A DNA stretch of 64,000 nucleotides, taken from NCBI GenBank assembly GCA_964291215.2, contig OZ219791.1:2944001-3008000 (forward strand), in the 5' to 3' direction. This document shows positions 39,669-49,813 of this stretch, one piece after another. This DNA comes from Alphaproteobacteria bacterium (GTDB taxonomy: Bacteria > Pseudomonadota > Alphaproteobacteria > MPNO01 > UBA830). A model generated the notes under the pieces. It saw nothing but the letters and a program-made list of their open reading frames with translations, was not told the DNA's origin and searched no databases. The position numbers were made by a program, and so were the translations under genes. Each line of letters opens with the position of its first letter. Positions within the stretch are counted from its first letter, which is position 1.

Positions 39669-42600
39669 TCAGGCACTGCGTTCTCGTTCCCTTCTGGCGC
39701 GCTCGGCGTTCAGGGCCAGCAGGCGGGCGAGCACTTCGTCGCGAATGCCGTCCGGCCAGCGGTAGCGCCAGGGTTTCTTCCTTCGGCCCTGGGTCTCCTC
39801 GTCGATCTCGTAGTCCAGCAGGAACTCGCAGTCGGTCCGGATATCATCCCAGCCATAGGCATCGAGAACGGCACGATCCATGGTGGCATGAAGCCGGCGC
39901 AACTCCGCTATCCGCGGGTCGCGTTCGTCCGGGTCGTGGAAACGGTTGTAGGTCTTCGTCATGCCCTCGTCGTTTTCCACTATCAGCGCTGCGCGGAAGT
40001 CGTAGTAGGCTTCTCCTGCCTCTTCAAGGGCCGGGTGTTCTTCCCAGTCGTCCGGGAAAGGGAAGGTCTCCAAGCAGTCGGAGGGGGTGTAGCGGAGGTC
40101 GTCTTTCATGGACGACCCGAAGAAGCGGGCCCAGGTCTCGTGGGGCCGGGATTGCAGGGCGCAGAAAGCGGCTGCGGTGTCGAAGGGAAAGACAATCGTC
40201 GACTCGGCATAGACTAACTTGCCCGGCAAGAAGGTGAAGGCCGCTTGCTGTCCTACTCTGGAGATCACCAGCACCCGATCAAGCCCCCTTATAGCGATAT
40301 ACAGTTCGCCAGCAGAAGAACCGTACCGCCACCAGAAGTCGGCTCGTTTCCGCCCGATGGTATTCGTCGTGAGATGCGCACGAGCCGGCTTCACCTTCTC
40401 CTCGACAATCGCCAGCAACTCGGGCCAGTCGGCGGCCACTGGACCCGGATAGTCCAGCGGCACGTTTCCCGAGCGGCGCCAGTCCCGCCGGGCGTCCTCG
40501 CTCGCCCCTTGCCATGTCTCTCCGAGATCCGCGCGCCGCAGCGGCCAGTCGCGGAAGTTGATGACATGGCGATGGTAGGCGTGGGTCGGGCTGGTGTTGA
40601 CCTCTTCGCCGCCGATATAGGGGAAGATGACCTCTCGATTCCGCGGATTTTCCGCGATCAGGCGGCGCATTTCGGCCAGCGGCGTTGCGACGCCCCTGCG
40701 GTCGGCGTCATCGAAGGTGAAGCCCATGCCGAGTACGATGCTGCCCTGGAAGCTCTTGCCGGCATTGGCCTTGAGCCTTTCGGGGTCGTCGTGGCTGCCG
40801 TCATGGAACAGAAACGCGGTGATCCTGTCGACCTCGCGGCCGTCGAGTCGGCGCGGGCCGGGGTCGATTCCCTTCGCAATATGGATCACGCTCACGACCA
40901 CCGCGGCCTCTCCCAGCCATTTGAGTCGACGCCGAACGCAGTAAATCTGGCCGCTGTGCTTGCAGAGCCAACGCAATCCGGTCGAGCGCGTGTCGCCCTG
41001 TCCAATAGTATTGGTGGCGATCAGGCCAAGTGTGCCGCCTTCCCGCAACAAATCGAACGCCCTTCGAAAGAAGTGAGCGACCAGATCGGCGTTGCCGTGA
41101 CTGTCGGGGTGACATTGCTTGAGCCAGTCGGGATAGCCAGCGGGGTTCGCGGCGGCCACCGTGTTCTTGCCGGCGAAGGGCGGATTGCCCACGACCGCAT
41201 CGAACCCCGGGTTCTTGCGCTCGAACACCTCCGGAAACTCCAGTTCCCAGTGGAAAGCGGCGACCGGCAGCTCCGTTGTCGCCAACGTCGCGTTCGCAGC
41301 CCGCCCATCGAGCAGCAGACTCGCATAGTTGAGGCGCCTGGTCTCGCGATGCTTCGGTTTCTCGTCCTCGAAGAACGCCGCCAGCACCGCGGCCCCAACG
41401 CACGGACATTTCGGAGTTCCCGTTCGGCTTCATCCAGAAGCTCCCGAAGTTCGTGCTCGGGTGCTTCGTCGCCGAGTTCTCGAATCATTTGGCGCAACTC
41501 GGAGACCCGCGCCACGTGCTTTTGCACTTCCATGGTCTCCATACCGAGTTGAAACCTGGGTACCTCGGCATTCCAATGGAATCCCTCGATCTGCCTGCGG
41601 GTCAGGCCAACCAGGGAATCGCCGTGCCGCAGCGCGTGGTCGACGAACGTGAACTCGTGATCGCACGCCAGGGTCACAAGCCATAGCGAGAGCCGCGCGA
41701 GGTCGATGGCCATGGGATTCCTGTCGACGCCGTAGAGGCATCTCTGGGCGATCAGACGCCGGGCGTGAAGCAGTTCGTCCTCGTCGGCAGGCAACGCCGG
41801 CGGGCCGCCGTGCCTGCTCCAGGCGTCGACCAGTCGCGCCGACAGTTGGCGGCACGCCTCGACCAGAAAGGCGCCCGATCCCGCGGCGGGGTCGAGCACT
41901 TTGAGACCGAGGATATCCTCGGGCCGGGCAGCCGGCCCCAGACAATCGAATATCGGTCGCAGGGCTTCGGAGACGATCGGCTCGGTCAGCGAGCGTGGTG
42001 TGTAGTGGCTCCCGGACCTTCGGCGCTCGTCCGTCGGCTGAAGAATGGGCGTTTCGTGAGGCACGATGTCCGGAGTCGCATCGCGATCGACAGCAAGGTC
42101 GAGCGCCGCCACGATGTCTTCGGCCGTGGTGGCATCGCGAAGGGCAGCGGCGGCGGCTCCCGCGAGCTGCCGGTCTGTCCGATCCCGAAGCTCTCTGGCT
42201 CTTTTACCGCCGTCCAGTTCCAGCAGGCGGTCGAGATCGACGATGACCGCGGCGCCGGTGCGTTTCGGCGACGCCACGGCGATGGAGCGCCCGGTCGTCA
42301 ACTCGACGCGGAAGCCCATGACGGCCTCGTAAACCGATCCGATCTGCTCGACATCGAGTGTGCGGTAGGACAAACGCTCGCCGTCCAGCACCATAAGCAA
42401 TCGCAGCACATTCCAGACGGTCGCGTCGGGGACCATGGGGATCGCCGAGTCGCCGGCCGGTTCGCGCCCTTCGAGGAAGGGAAACCGGGCCGGATCGAAC
42501 AGCGCGCCCTTGCGCGCGACGAACGAGAGGCCGGCGTGGCCGCCGCCGCCGTGGATCAACCGGAACAAGACCAGCAATTGCGCCCAGGCGCCGAAGCGCT

Positions 42601-43597
42601 GGTCCATGGTGTCGGGCCATGCCGCCGCATCCGCGCGCAGCCGGGCGAACAGGCCGCCGAGGGAATAGTGCTGCTGGTAGACGGGATGGTCGGGCATGAG
42701 GCCGCGGTCTTCGGCGTAGAGCACGAAGACCAGTCGCATCAGCGTCGCGATCAGTCCGCCGTACAGCCGATCGGGATCGCGCCGCGCCAGTTGCGTGATG
42801 GCCCCGGCGCCGTGTGCATCCGCCGCGACGAAGCCGCGCAAGAGCTCATGGAGGGCGGCGAGCACCTGCCGGGAAAGTCTGGTGGAGACTTCGACCTGCG
42901 CATCGCGGCTCCTGGACAGAAGCGTCGGCAGCCGAGCCTCGGGGTCGCTCCCGAAGAGCGCCTCCGCCGATAGCAGCATGTCGAATGCGGCCAGGATGGG
43001 CCGACCCGCCGGCAGCGCCATCTGGGCAAAGTCGAAGGTGATGTGCCCGGACGACTCGCCTTGCGGCGCATGGACCAGACGGATGCGCTCGTCGGTGCAG
43101 AGCAGGCCCGTCGGAACGCCGGTTTCCCGCAGCAACCGTTCGAACCGGGCATGACGGCTCGCATTCCAGCCGGCATCGTCGGGCGGTTGGTCGAAATCGG
43201 CGCCCTCGTCCTCCCTCCGGACGAGCATCGTCCATTCTGCGTCCGCGTCCCGATCGCCCGGTACCGCCCAGGTGGGGGCGAGCATGACCTGCAACTCCGG
43301 CAAGGCAATCTCGAGCGTCTCGCGATGATCGGACGCACTCACGAGATCGCCGTCCTCCCAGCCCAACCAATCCGTGAACACCCGGCGCAGATCGGGCGCT
43401 CGCCAGCGGACCGTGGCGCCCTCCCCATCCTCCTTGAGCAGTGCGCGAAAGTCGCGCTGGCGCCCCGATACATTGCGGTCGGGGACCACCTGGGCGTCGA
43501 CCATGACGGTCGGCGCGACGACGAGGCCCACCGGCTGAACGAAACCGAGCCATTCCTGATGGGCGAAGATCAGTTTGCCGCGTTCGCGATCCGCCAT
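39669..43597 (-). pseudogene. drmMI: DISARM class I adenine methyltransferase DrmMI, frameshifted near 41395
   Basis: HQEWLGFVQPVGLVV start, GSHYTP and LDPAAGSGAFL lie in ORF 41021-43597. FHWELEFPEVF and VVGNPPF lie in ORF 39669-41387. The frames join at ...RNVRALG / AVLAAFF. Confidence 0.88.
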
Positions 43598-43600
43598 GGT

Positions 43601-46600
43601 CTACCCCGTTCGCGGCCAGAGGTAGACGAGACCGAGCGGATCGACACGGATGGCGCGCACCTTGTACGCATCCGCGATCCGGGCCGGCTCGGTCTCAAGC
43701 TCGGTCTCGATGGCTTCCAGGCGCCGCGTCCAGGCCCGGCGCTCGGCTTCGCGCTGGCGCCGTTCGGCCTCGTCGAAATCGAACATCATCTGCCGGTCTT
43801 CTCTGCCGGCCGCCTCGGCGATCCTCCTGCGCTGGCGCTTGAGCAAATCGATCATGCTGTACTGTTCGGTTTTCGACCGTTGGGCAAGCCGTTCCTTCGC
43901 AAGCTCCGCGAAGTCGTCTGCGCGGCGCTCCAGATGCGGAAGCAGATCGGCGATATCGGTTGGCGCCGAAGCCGCGAGACGCGTCCGGACCGGATCGGGC
44001 ACGCTGTCCCGCCCGGCTTCGTCGAGCGCCGTCTGCAAGGAAGCCAGGGTCGTCTGCTCGCCGGCCCGGCCGTAAGGCGCAAGCGCGCCCTGTCGCTGCA
44101 CGGGATCGATCCAGCGCGCCGTCACCGGCACGATCTCCTCGTGCAGGCGTGCGGCGCATGGTCCGTAGACGGCGAGCCGGCCGAGCAGCACAACGCGCGG
44201 GATTGCATCCGGGGCGACCGTAAGACAGGCCTTGGACAAGTCGTGGTGGATCAGGCCCTGCGCGGCGAACCGGCCAAGCAGGCGCCGGACTACACGGTGT
44301 TCGAGATGCAGGTGCACGGCGTTTTCGCCAAGACGTCCGGTGTCTTCGAAAGCCACGGGCCGGATGGCCGCCCGACGGCGCCACGCGCCCAGGGACTCGC
44401 CGCTCTGCCGTCGCGCGCGCAGCGAATCAAGTGCTGCGGTCCAGCCGGGATCGCTCGCAAGCGCACGGTCGGCGGCGGGAAAGACGAAGCGGCGCGGAGC
44501 GTCAGACACCGGCTTCTCCTGCCCGTCGGTCTCGGCGATTGCGGGAGCCCCGGCGAGCTCCAGGCTCATCGACAGGGCCTGACGGAACTGCGGCGCGGTA
44601 AGACCGATATGGGTGCGCGACTGCTCCAGGCGGGTGCGCAGGCTATCCACGTCCTCGCGCAGTCTGTCCTGGCGCAGACGCGCGTCCTCGAGCTCGTCCT
44701 CGACAGTGCGCCGCCGTTCTCCGGCCGACAGGTCCCGGATGGAGGCTGCGAGACCATCGATCCCGTCACGGCGCATGCCTTCCTTGCCGATGGTCCGTGG
44801 AATCCGCGCTTCGAGCACCTTCGCGGCGCTGCCAAGCTCCTCGCGAATGCGTTCCACCTTGTTCACCAGCACCTGCAGGACACGGTCTTCCGGCCGTTGG
44901 ACGAAGACGAAGTACCGGCAGAACACTTCGTCGGCGGGCTGCAGCTTGCGATCAATGCGGCCGTTGCGCTGGTCGAGACGGCTCGGGTTCCAGGGCAGGT
45001 CGAAGTGAAACAGATCATGACAGTGGCGCTGCAGATTGAGGCCCTCCCGAGCTGCGTCGGTGGTAATGAGAATGCGCAGCGGGTGGTCGCCCGGCTCGGC
45101 ATTGAAGGCATGCTTGACGTCTTCCCGCCTGTGCCGGGAGGTCGTCCCCGTGAAGGTCGCGATACGTTCGTGCGCCTTGTCGGAATGCGCGATGGCCTCG
45201 TTCAGGCAGCGCTCAAGCCAGCGGCGCGTGTCCTCGTATTCGGTGAAGATGAGGAGGCGGCGTTCGTTCCACTGCGGAGGCCCGGCCCCGAGCGCGGATC
45301 GAACCGGGCACATGTTGGCGTCGATCCACTCGATGATCCTGTGTACGCGCGGGTCGGCATCATGGCGTCTTGCCTCGGCGACCTCGCGCATTTCGTCGAC
45401 GAGCGCGAGTTCGCGCATCAATGCGGTCCGTGCTTCCGCGCGTCGGCTGTCGGTCGATAGCGTTGTCGCCGCCGCCATCAGCTCGGCGAAGTCGAGTTCC
45501 GAAGGATCGGATCGTTCCGGATCGTCGGGCGCGTCGGCTTCGATATCGCCGTCACCACCGGTTGTACCGTCGCCCGTTTCCTCGCCGACGGTCAGCCGTT
45601 CGAGGTCGGCCAGCAAGTCGTTGGAAACCGCGATGGCTTCGGTGGATCGCTCCAGCGCGCGTTCCACGCTCCTGCGATGTACCGCGAGCGTCTTCGCGAA
45701 GGCCTCGATGGACGACAGCAGACGCTTTTGCAGCCCGCCGATCACCAGCGCGCCCGCAGCCTGCTTGGATCGTGTCTCGTCCTTCAGACGCTTCTCCCGC
45801 TCGGCCCGGTAGGCGTCGAGCATTCCTGGCAGGACGAGTTCGGGTGCGACCGGCGGCAGGCCGTCGATCTTGACCGGAACCACGGTACGCTTGGGAAAGC
45901 CGCCTTCGAGATCCCGGATATCGGACTTGAGGCGGCGGACCAGTACTTCGTCGAGTTGTCCCTTCAGCACAGGGACCCCGCGGCAGAAGCGCTGTGGGTC
46001 GAGAATTTCGAGCAGGGCGGAGAAACTGTTCGAATGCCCGTTGTGCGGTGTCGCCGAGAGGAACAGGCGATGCTCGAAACGCGGCGCGATATCACGGATC
46101 GCCCGTGTGATCTGTGAATCGATGGCATAGCGCGCCCCGCTCGCAGGCGCGGCGTTGTGCGCCTCGTCGAGAATCAGAAGGGTCTGGGGCGCGAACTCTC
46201 CAAGCCAGCCGCGCAGGCCCGAGGCATAGGTCTCGTCGATGAGCAGGCGGTGGGAGATCAGGAAGTGCGAGTGGGTGGTCCAGGGATTGACAGAGAAGCC
46301 GCGCTCGCGGCGCATCCGCGTCACATAAGCCCGGTCGAGAATGGTGAACGCGAGGCCGAAACGGGCCTCCATCTCGTCCTGCCACTGGTCGAGAATCGCA
46401 GGAGGACAGGCGACAACAATTCGGTCGATGCGGCGGCGCAACAGCAGTTCGCGCGCAATCAGCCCGGCTTCGATGGTCTTGCCGAGCCCGACATCGTCGG
46501 CGATGAACAGGTTGACGCGCGGCAGCCGAAGCGCCTTGCGCAACGGGTCGAGCTGGTAGGCGTCGATGCGGATGCCCGCACGGAAGGGCGCCTGAAAGAG

Positions 46601-46900
46601 ATTGGGGTCGGTCGCGGTCACGCAGTTCCACGACAGGGTGCGCAGATAGGCCGCGAAGAGCGCCGGATCGTCGAAGCCCTTGTCTGCCACGGCGGCCCAG
46701 CCATCGTCCTTCAGAATGCGGGCGTCGATCTCGTGGTCCCACAACACCGACAGCGGCTCGCCCTGCGCATCGTCGTCAAGGCACGACAACTCGACGAGCA
46801 TGGCTTCATCGGGGGATGGCGGCGGTGTCGCGTTCTCGACGAGGTAACGGCGCTGGCGAACCAGGGCGATGCGTCCGCGTTCGGGAGATTGCGCCGTCAT
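43601..46900 (-). CDS. drmD: DISARM SNF2-like helicase DrmD
   Basis: LVRQRRYLVE, IADDVGLGKTIEAG, LDEAHN, LSATPHNG, TDAAREGLNLQ and LPWNPSRLDQRNGRIDR; start at 46900 overlaps the upstream stop (ATGA). Confidence 0.93.
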   Translation of the reverse strand: MTAQSPERGRIALVRQRRYLVENATPPPSPDEAMLVELSCLDDDAQGEPLSVLWDHEIDARILKDDGWAAVADKGFDDPALFAAYLRTLSWNCVTATDPNLFQAPFRAGIRIDAYQLDPLRKALRLPRVNLFIADDVGLGKTIEAGLIARELLLRRRIDRIVVACPPAILDQWQDEMEARFGLAFTILDRAYVTRMRRERGFSVNPWTTHSHFLISHRLLIDETYASGLRGWLGEFAPQTLLILDEAHNAAPASGARYAIDSQITRAIRDIAPRFEHRLFLSATPHNGHSNSFSALLEILDPQRFCRGVPVLKGQLDEVLVRRLKSDIRDLEGGFPKRTVVPVKIDGLPPVAPELVLPGMLDAYRAEREKRLKDETRSKQAAGALVIGGLQKRLLSSIEAFAKTLAVHRRSVERALERSTEAIAVSNDLLADLERLTVGEETGDGTTGGDGDIEADAPDDPERSDPSELDFAELMAAATTLSTDSRRAEARTALMRELALVDEMREVAEARRHDADPRVHRIIEWIDANMCPVRSALGAGPPQWNERRLLIFTEYEDTRRWLERCLNEAIAHSDKAHERIATFTGTTSRHRREDVKHAFNAEPGDHPLRILITTDAAREGLNLQRHCHDLFHFDLPWNPSRLDQRNGRIDRKLQPADEVFCRYFVFVQRPEDRVLQVLVNKVERIREELGSAAKVLEARIPRTIGKEGMRRDGIDGLAASIRDLSAGERRRTVEDELEDARLRQDRLREDVDSLRTRLEQSRTHIGLTAPQFRQALSMSLELAGAPAIAETDGQEKPVSDAPRRFVFPAADRALASDPGWTAALDSLRARRQSGESLGAWRRRAAIRPVAFEDTGRLGENAVHLHLEHRVVRRLLGRFAAQGLIHHDLSKACLTVAPDAIPRVVLLGRLAVYGPCAARLHEEIVPVTARWIDPVQRQGALAPYGRAGEQTTLASLQTALDEAGRDSVPDPVRTRLAASAPTDIADLLPHLERRADDFAELAKERLAQRSKTEQYSMIDLLKRQRRRIAEAAGREDRQMMFDFDEAERRQREAERRAWTRRLEAIETELETEPARIADAYKVRAIRVDPLGLVYLWPRTG

Positions 46901-47919
46901 GCCTTCGTCTCGTTGGCCCGGGTCTCCATCCGGGCGCATCGTTCCATCAACAGGTCGAACGACTCGTTGTGGTCCAGCAGCATGCCATCGGCAAGCATCC
47001 GGGCGTAATCATCGGCGAGCACCGCACGCGCGGCGCCGGAGGGGACGAGTTGGAGGTCACCGGAAACGGCCGCTTCGTAATCGATCCGCGAGCCGGTCGC
47101 GTCGTTCTCGGTGAAGAACATCGCCTTGTGGCGGGCAACCGACAGGGCGAGGGCACGGTCTGCGAGCGCGTTTGCCGCAATTCCCGCCTCGTCAAGACGC
47201 GCGAGATCGTGCCAGTGCCTCGACAGACGCTCGCCGCGCCGCCGCTCCTGACAGCAGAAGACATGGATGGCGGTCGCCTTCTCCCAGAACGTGCGCTCCG
47301 CCAGCATGACGGTGGGATGCGCTTCGGGAAACGCGAGGCGGGGAAGATGTGCGGCCGCGTCGCACACAACGGGGCGGCTCGCGTGCGGCTCGCCGGTCGA
47401 TCGGGCACCGAACTCGACTATGACTTCCGGAGCAACGAAGCCGCTTGTCTCGAACATCGGTTCGTATGCGACGCAGAGCTTCTCCTCTTCCGCTCGGACC
47501 CGCGCCACGAAACCGGCGTCGGAGAGACCTTCTTCAACAATGGGGCGGGCCTCGTCCCGGACCCATTCCGCGAGACGGGTGCGGATGGCGCGCGTCCAGC
47601 GCTTCTCCTGGCTGCGCGTGGGCGGAAGCGCCTCGTCGCCGGCGCCGGAAACCAGATCCGGCGCAAACGACCGGATATCGTAGGTGATGTCGACATCTTC
47701 GGAGAACCGGCGGATCGCCCGCCACACTTTCGACAGCGACGTGCCGCCCTTGAAGGTCAGGTGCCCGGCGAACGGGGCCTCGAACAGCACTGCGAGGGTG
47801 GCGACGACCCAGATGTCCTTCTCGAGCAAATGCGCCCGGTATTGTCCTTTTTCCTGAGCGACCCTCAGCGCGTGGAGGCGGTCGCCGGCCGAAAGGCTCT
47901 GGAACGGCGTCTCAGCCAT
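46897..47919 (-). CDS. AbiEii/AbiGii nucleotidyltransferase toxin (second family)
   Basis: LEKDIWVV, FKGGTSLSK...RRFSEDVD, ERTFWEKA and SRHWHD. Confidence 0.9.
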   Translation of the reverse strand: MAETPFQSLSAGDRLHALRVAQEKGQYRAHLLEKDIWVVATLAVLFEAPFAGHLTFKGGTSLSKVWRAIRRFSEDVDITYDIRSFAPDLVSGAGDEALPPTRSQEKRWTRAIRTRLAEWVRDEARPIVEEGLSDAGFVARVRAEEEKLCVAYEPMFETSGFVAPEVIVEFGARSTGEPHASRPVVCDAAAHLPRLAFPEAHPTVMLAERTFWEKATAIHVFCCQERRRGERLSRHWHDLARLDEAGIAANALADRALALSVARHKAMFFTENDATGSRIDYEAAVSGDLQLVPSGAARAVLADDYARMLADGMLLDHNESFDLLMERCARMETRANETKA

Positions 47920-48508
47920 GTGCGAGGCGTGCGCTCAGCGGTTCGGCCATCCAGTTGGGCATGACGGCCCTCGCGACCGCAAGCTCTTCCCGCTCCGTCT
48001 CGGAGAGCGTCGGCAGAACCGCTTCGAGGCCGTCCTCGACCTCCCCGGGGCCGAGCCATGCCAGGGCGCGGATGACCTCGCCCGCCTTGCGGTGCGGCGC
48101 CGCCAGTTGCCAGCGCGGCGCGTGGCGCAGTTCCACGATGGACGAACCGAAGTGCAGCATGCGGCTGGGACCGGAGGTGAGATAGACCTCACGCACCGGA
48201 TTCTGCGTGGTCAGGCGCAGGCGATTGGCCGCGGCGCCGCCGCACGGCACGATGGTCTCGCCCCAAAGTGCCGAAAGGGCCTCAAGAGCCTTCCGGGTGT
48301 GCGGCGCACACGTTCCGAACCGGGTCTCGACCGGGCGCATGTAGACGCCCTGGCAGATGCGCATGAGACGGTCCGAGCGCGCGAGGCGGGACAACGCCTG
48401 GTCGACCGCGGCCCGGTTGCCGAGATGCAGCAGGGCGGCCGGACACAGCGGCGTCGCCTCCGGAAGGGCCTCGGCATGCTCCATGATGCGACGAGAGAGG
48501 CCGCGCAT
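47912..48508 (-). CDS. DUF6088-type wHTH protein, AbiEi-like antitoxin
   Basis: LGNRAAVDQALSRLAR...GVY and GAAANRLRLTTQNP..VYLTSGPSR; overlaps the toxin start. Confidence 0.82.
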   Translation of the reverse strand: MRGLSRRIMEHAEALPEATPLCPAALLHLGNRAAVDQALSRLARSDRLMRICQGVYMRPVETRFGTCAPHTRKALEALSALWGETIVPCGGAAANRLRLTTQNPVREVYLTSGPSRMLHFGSSIVELRHAPRWQLAAPHRKAGEVIRALAWLGPGEVEDGLEAVLPTLSETEREELAVARAVMPNWMAEPLSARLAHG

Positions 48509-48520
48509 GTTCGTATCTCC

Positions 48521-48551
48521 AATCCAGTCTGTCAGAAATCCAGTGATCAGA
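48521..48551. promoter_or_regulatory. Tandem repeat upstream of the DUF6088 gene, candidate operator
   Basis: AATCCAGTCTGTCAGA followed by AATCCAGTGATCAGA. Confidence 0.35.
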
Positions 48552-48607
48552 TTATCGCGTTACAAGCTCGGAGAAAAGCCGTTTCGGCTTTGTGCCAGGA
48601 TGATTTT

Positions 48608-48694
48608 ACGCTAAATTCTGTATGATTTTTCAAGGCAGTACTTGGGTTTTCGGGGGCGCGGGTTGGTGCGGGAGATTTTTTTCAGTTTTCGCTG
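48608..48694. repeat. About 87-bp repeat, copy 1 (probable end of an unidentified IS)
   Basis: ACGCTAAATTCTGTATGATTTTTCAAGGCAG...CAGTTTTCGCTG; direct copy at 57793-57881. Confidence 0.75.
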
Positions 48695-48959
48695 GCTTTC
48701 CTGCACTGAAGTTGTCATGGTGCGGGGATGTCGGTTCACAAGCACATCGCGTCCTGTCCGATTCACGTCGCAGCTCCGGAAGGGTCTGTCCGAGCATCCA
48801 TGTTTCTTGGCAAGGTTTTTTGCGGGTGTCTGCGGTGATGTTTTCTGTGGTTGTCCACAAGCGGTGTGGGATTCCGCCTTGCTCTGCGAGCGAGGCGACA
48901 TGAAGCTTGTGATCCCGGCGGCGGGTTGCCGTCCATTGGTCACGTGAACGCGGCTACCT

Positions 48960-49813
48960 TGCCGTCCCCGGGCATGGTAACGTGACCGTCGTCAATTGGG
49001 TTCCAGGTGTCCCGTCCACAAGGCGCACGGCGGTTCGGTCTCCTCGATGTTGACCTCGACGATGATCTGCAGATGTTCTCCCCAAGCCGTGTCGTAGAGG
49101 GAGACTGTCGAGACAGTGCCGATCGCGCTCTCGGCAGGGGTGATGGCCATGAGGGTGTCTCCTTCGCTCACTCACCGGTGCTTCAGGCAACGCTGCTGTC
49201 GCAGCAAGATGTTCGCCAGAGCTTGCGCATCACGGCGACAATCGCGACCTTGCTTGCCGGCAGTCTTGAGGCGCACCAGGTCCGCGTTGAAGCGTGCCGG
49301 TTGCGGCCAGGAGATCGCGTGGCCTTCGGCGCCCGCCACGGATGTGCCGGGCACCGTGGTCGTTGGCACCACCCCGATCAAGGCTGCCGACGCTGCCGAG
49401 TTCGGGCATCCAGAAGGGCCGTGGCGGTCACCGGATCGAGGTCAGGATGGCGTACCTCTGCTCGGGATCACCGGCGATCATCGAGATCGGCCGCCGGGGC
49501 CCTTATGACGGTCTCGCCATCCACCTCATCTGCACCTGTTTGGCGTCGACAAGCGCGCCACTAGGAGATCCTCCAGGCTCTTGAGGAAGACGGAGCCACA
49601 GGCTCACCGTGCCGATCTTGGCGTCGACGCGGTTGGCCCATCGCCTCGGCGAAGCGCCCGCAACGGGTTGACGAGGAAAACCTCGAAGCCCCGGTCATAA
49701 AGACACTGGTGAACCTTGCGGTGATAGCGGCCTGTCGCCCACCACCCGGCTCACCCCGAGGCCGCGAAGCCACCTGCTCAGCGCCCGCCAGCTCGTGGCG
49801 TCGTTCGCAAAAC
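48960..49813 (-). mobile_element. IS110-family transposase pseudogene, cut by IS66 copy 3
   Basis: RFANDATSWRALSRWL...TGRYHRKVHQCLYDRGFEVFLVNPLRARRFAEAMG (DEDD N-domain); later GPVTATALL. Confidence 0.72.
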
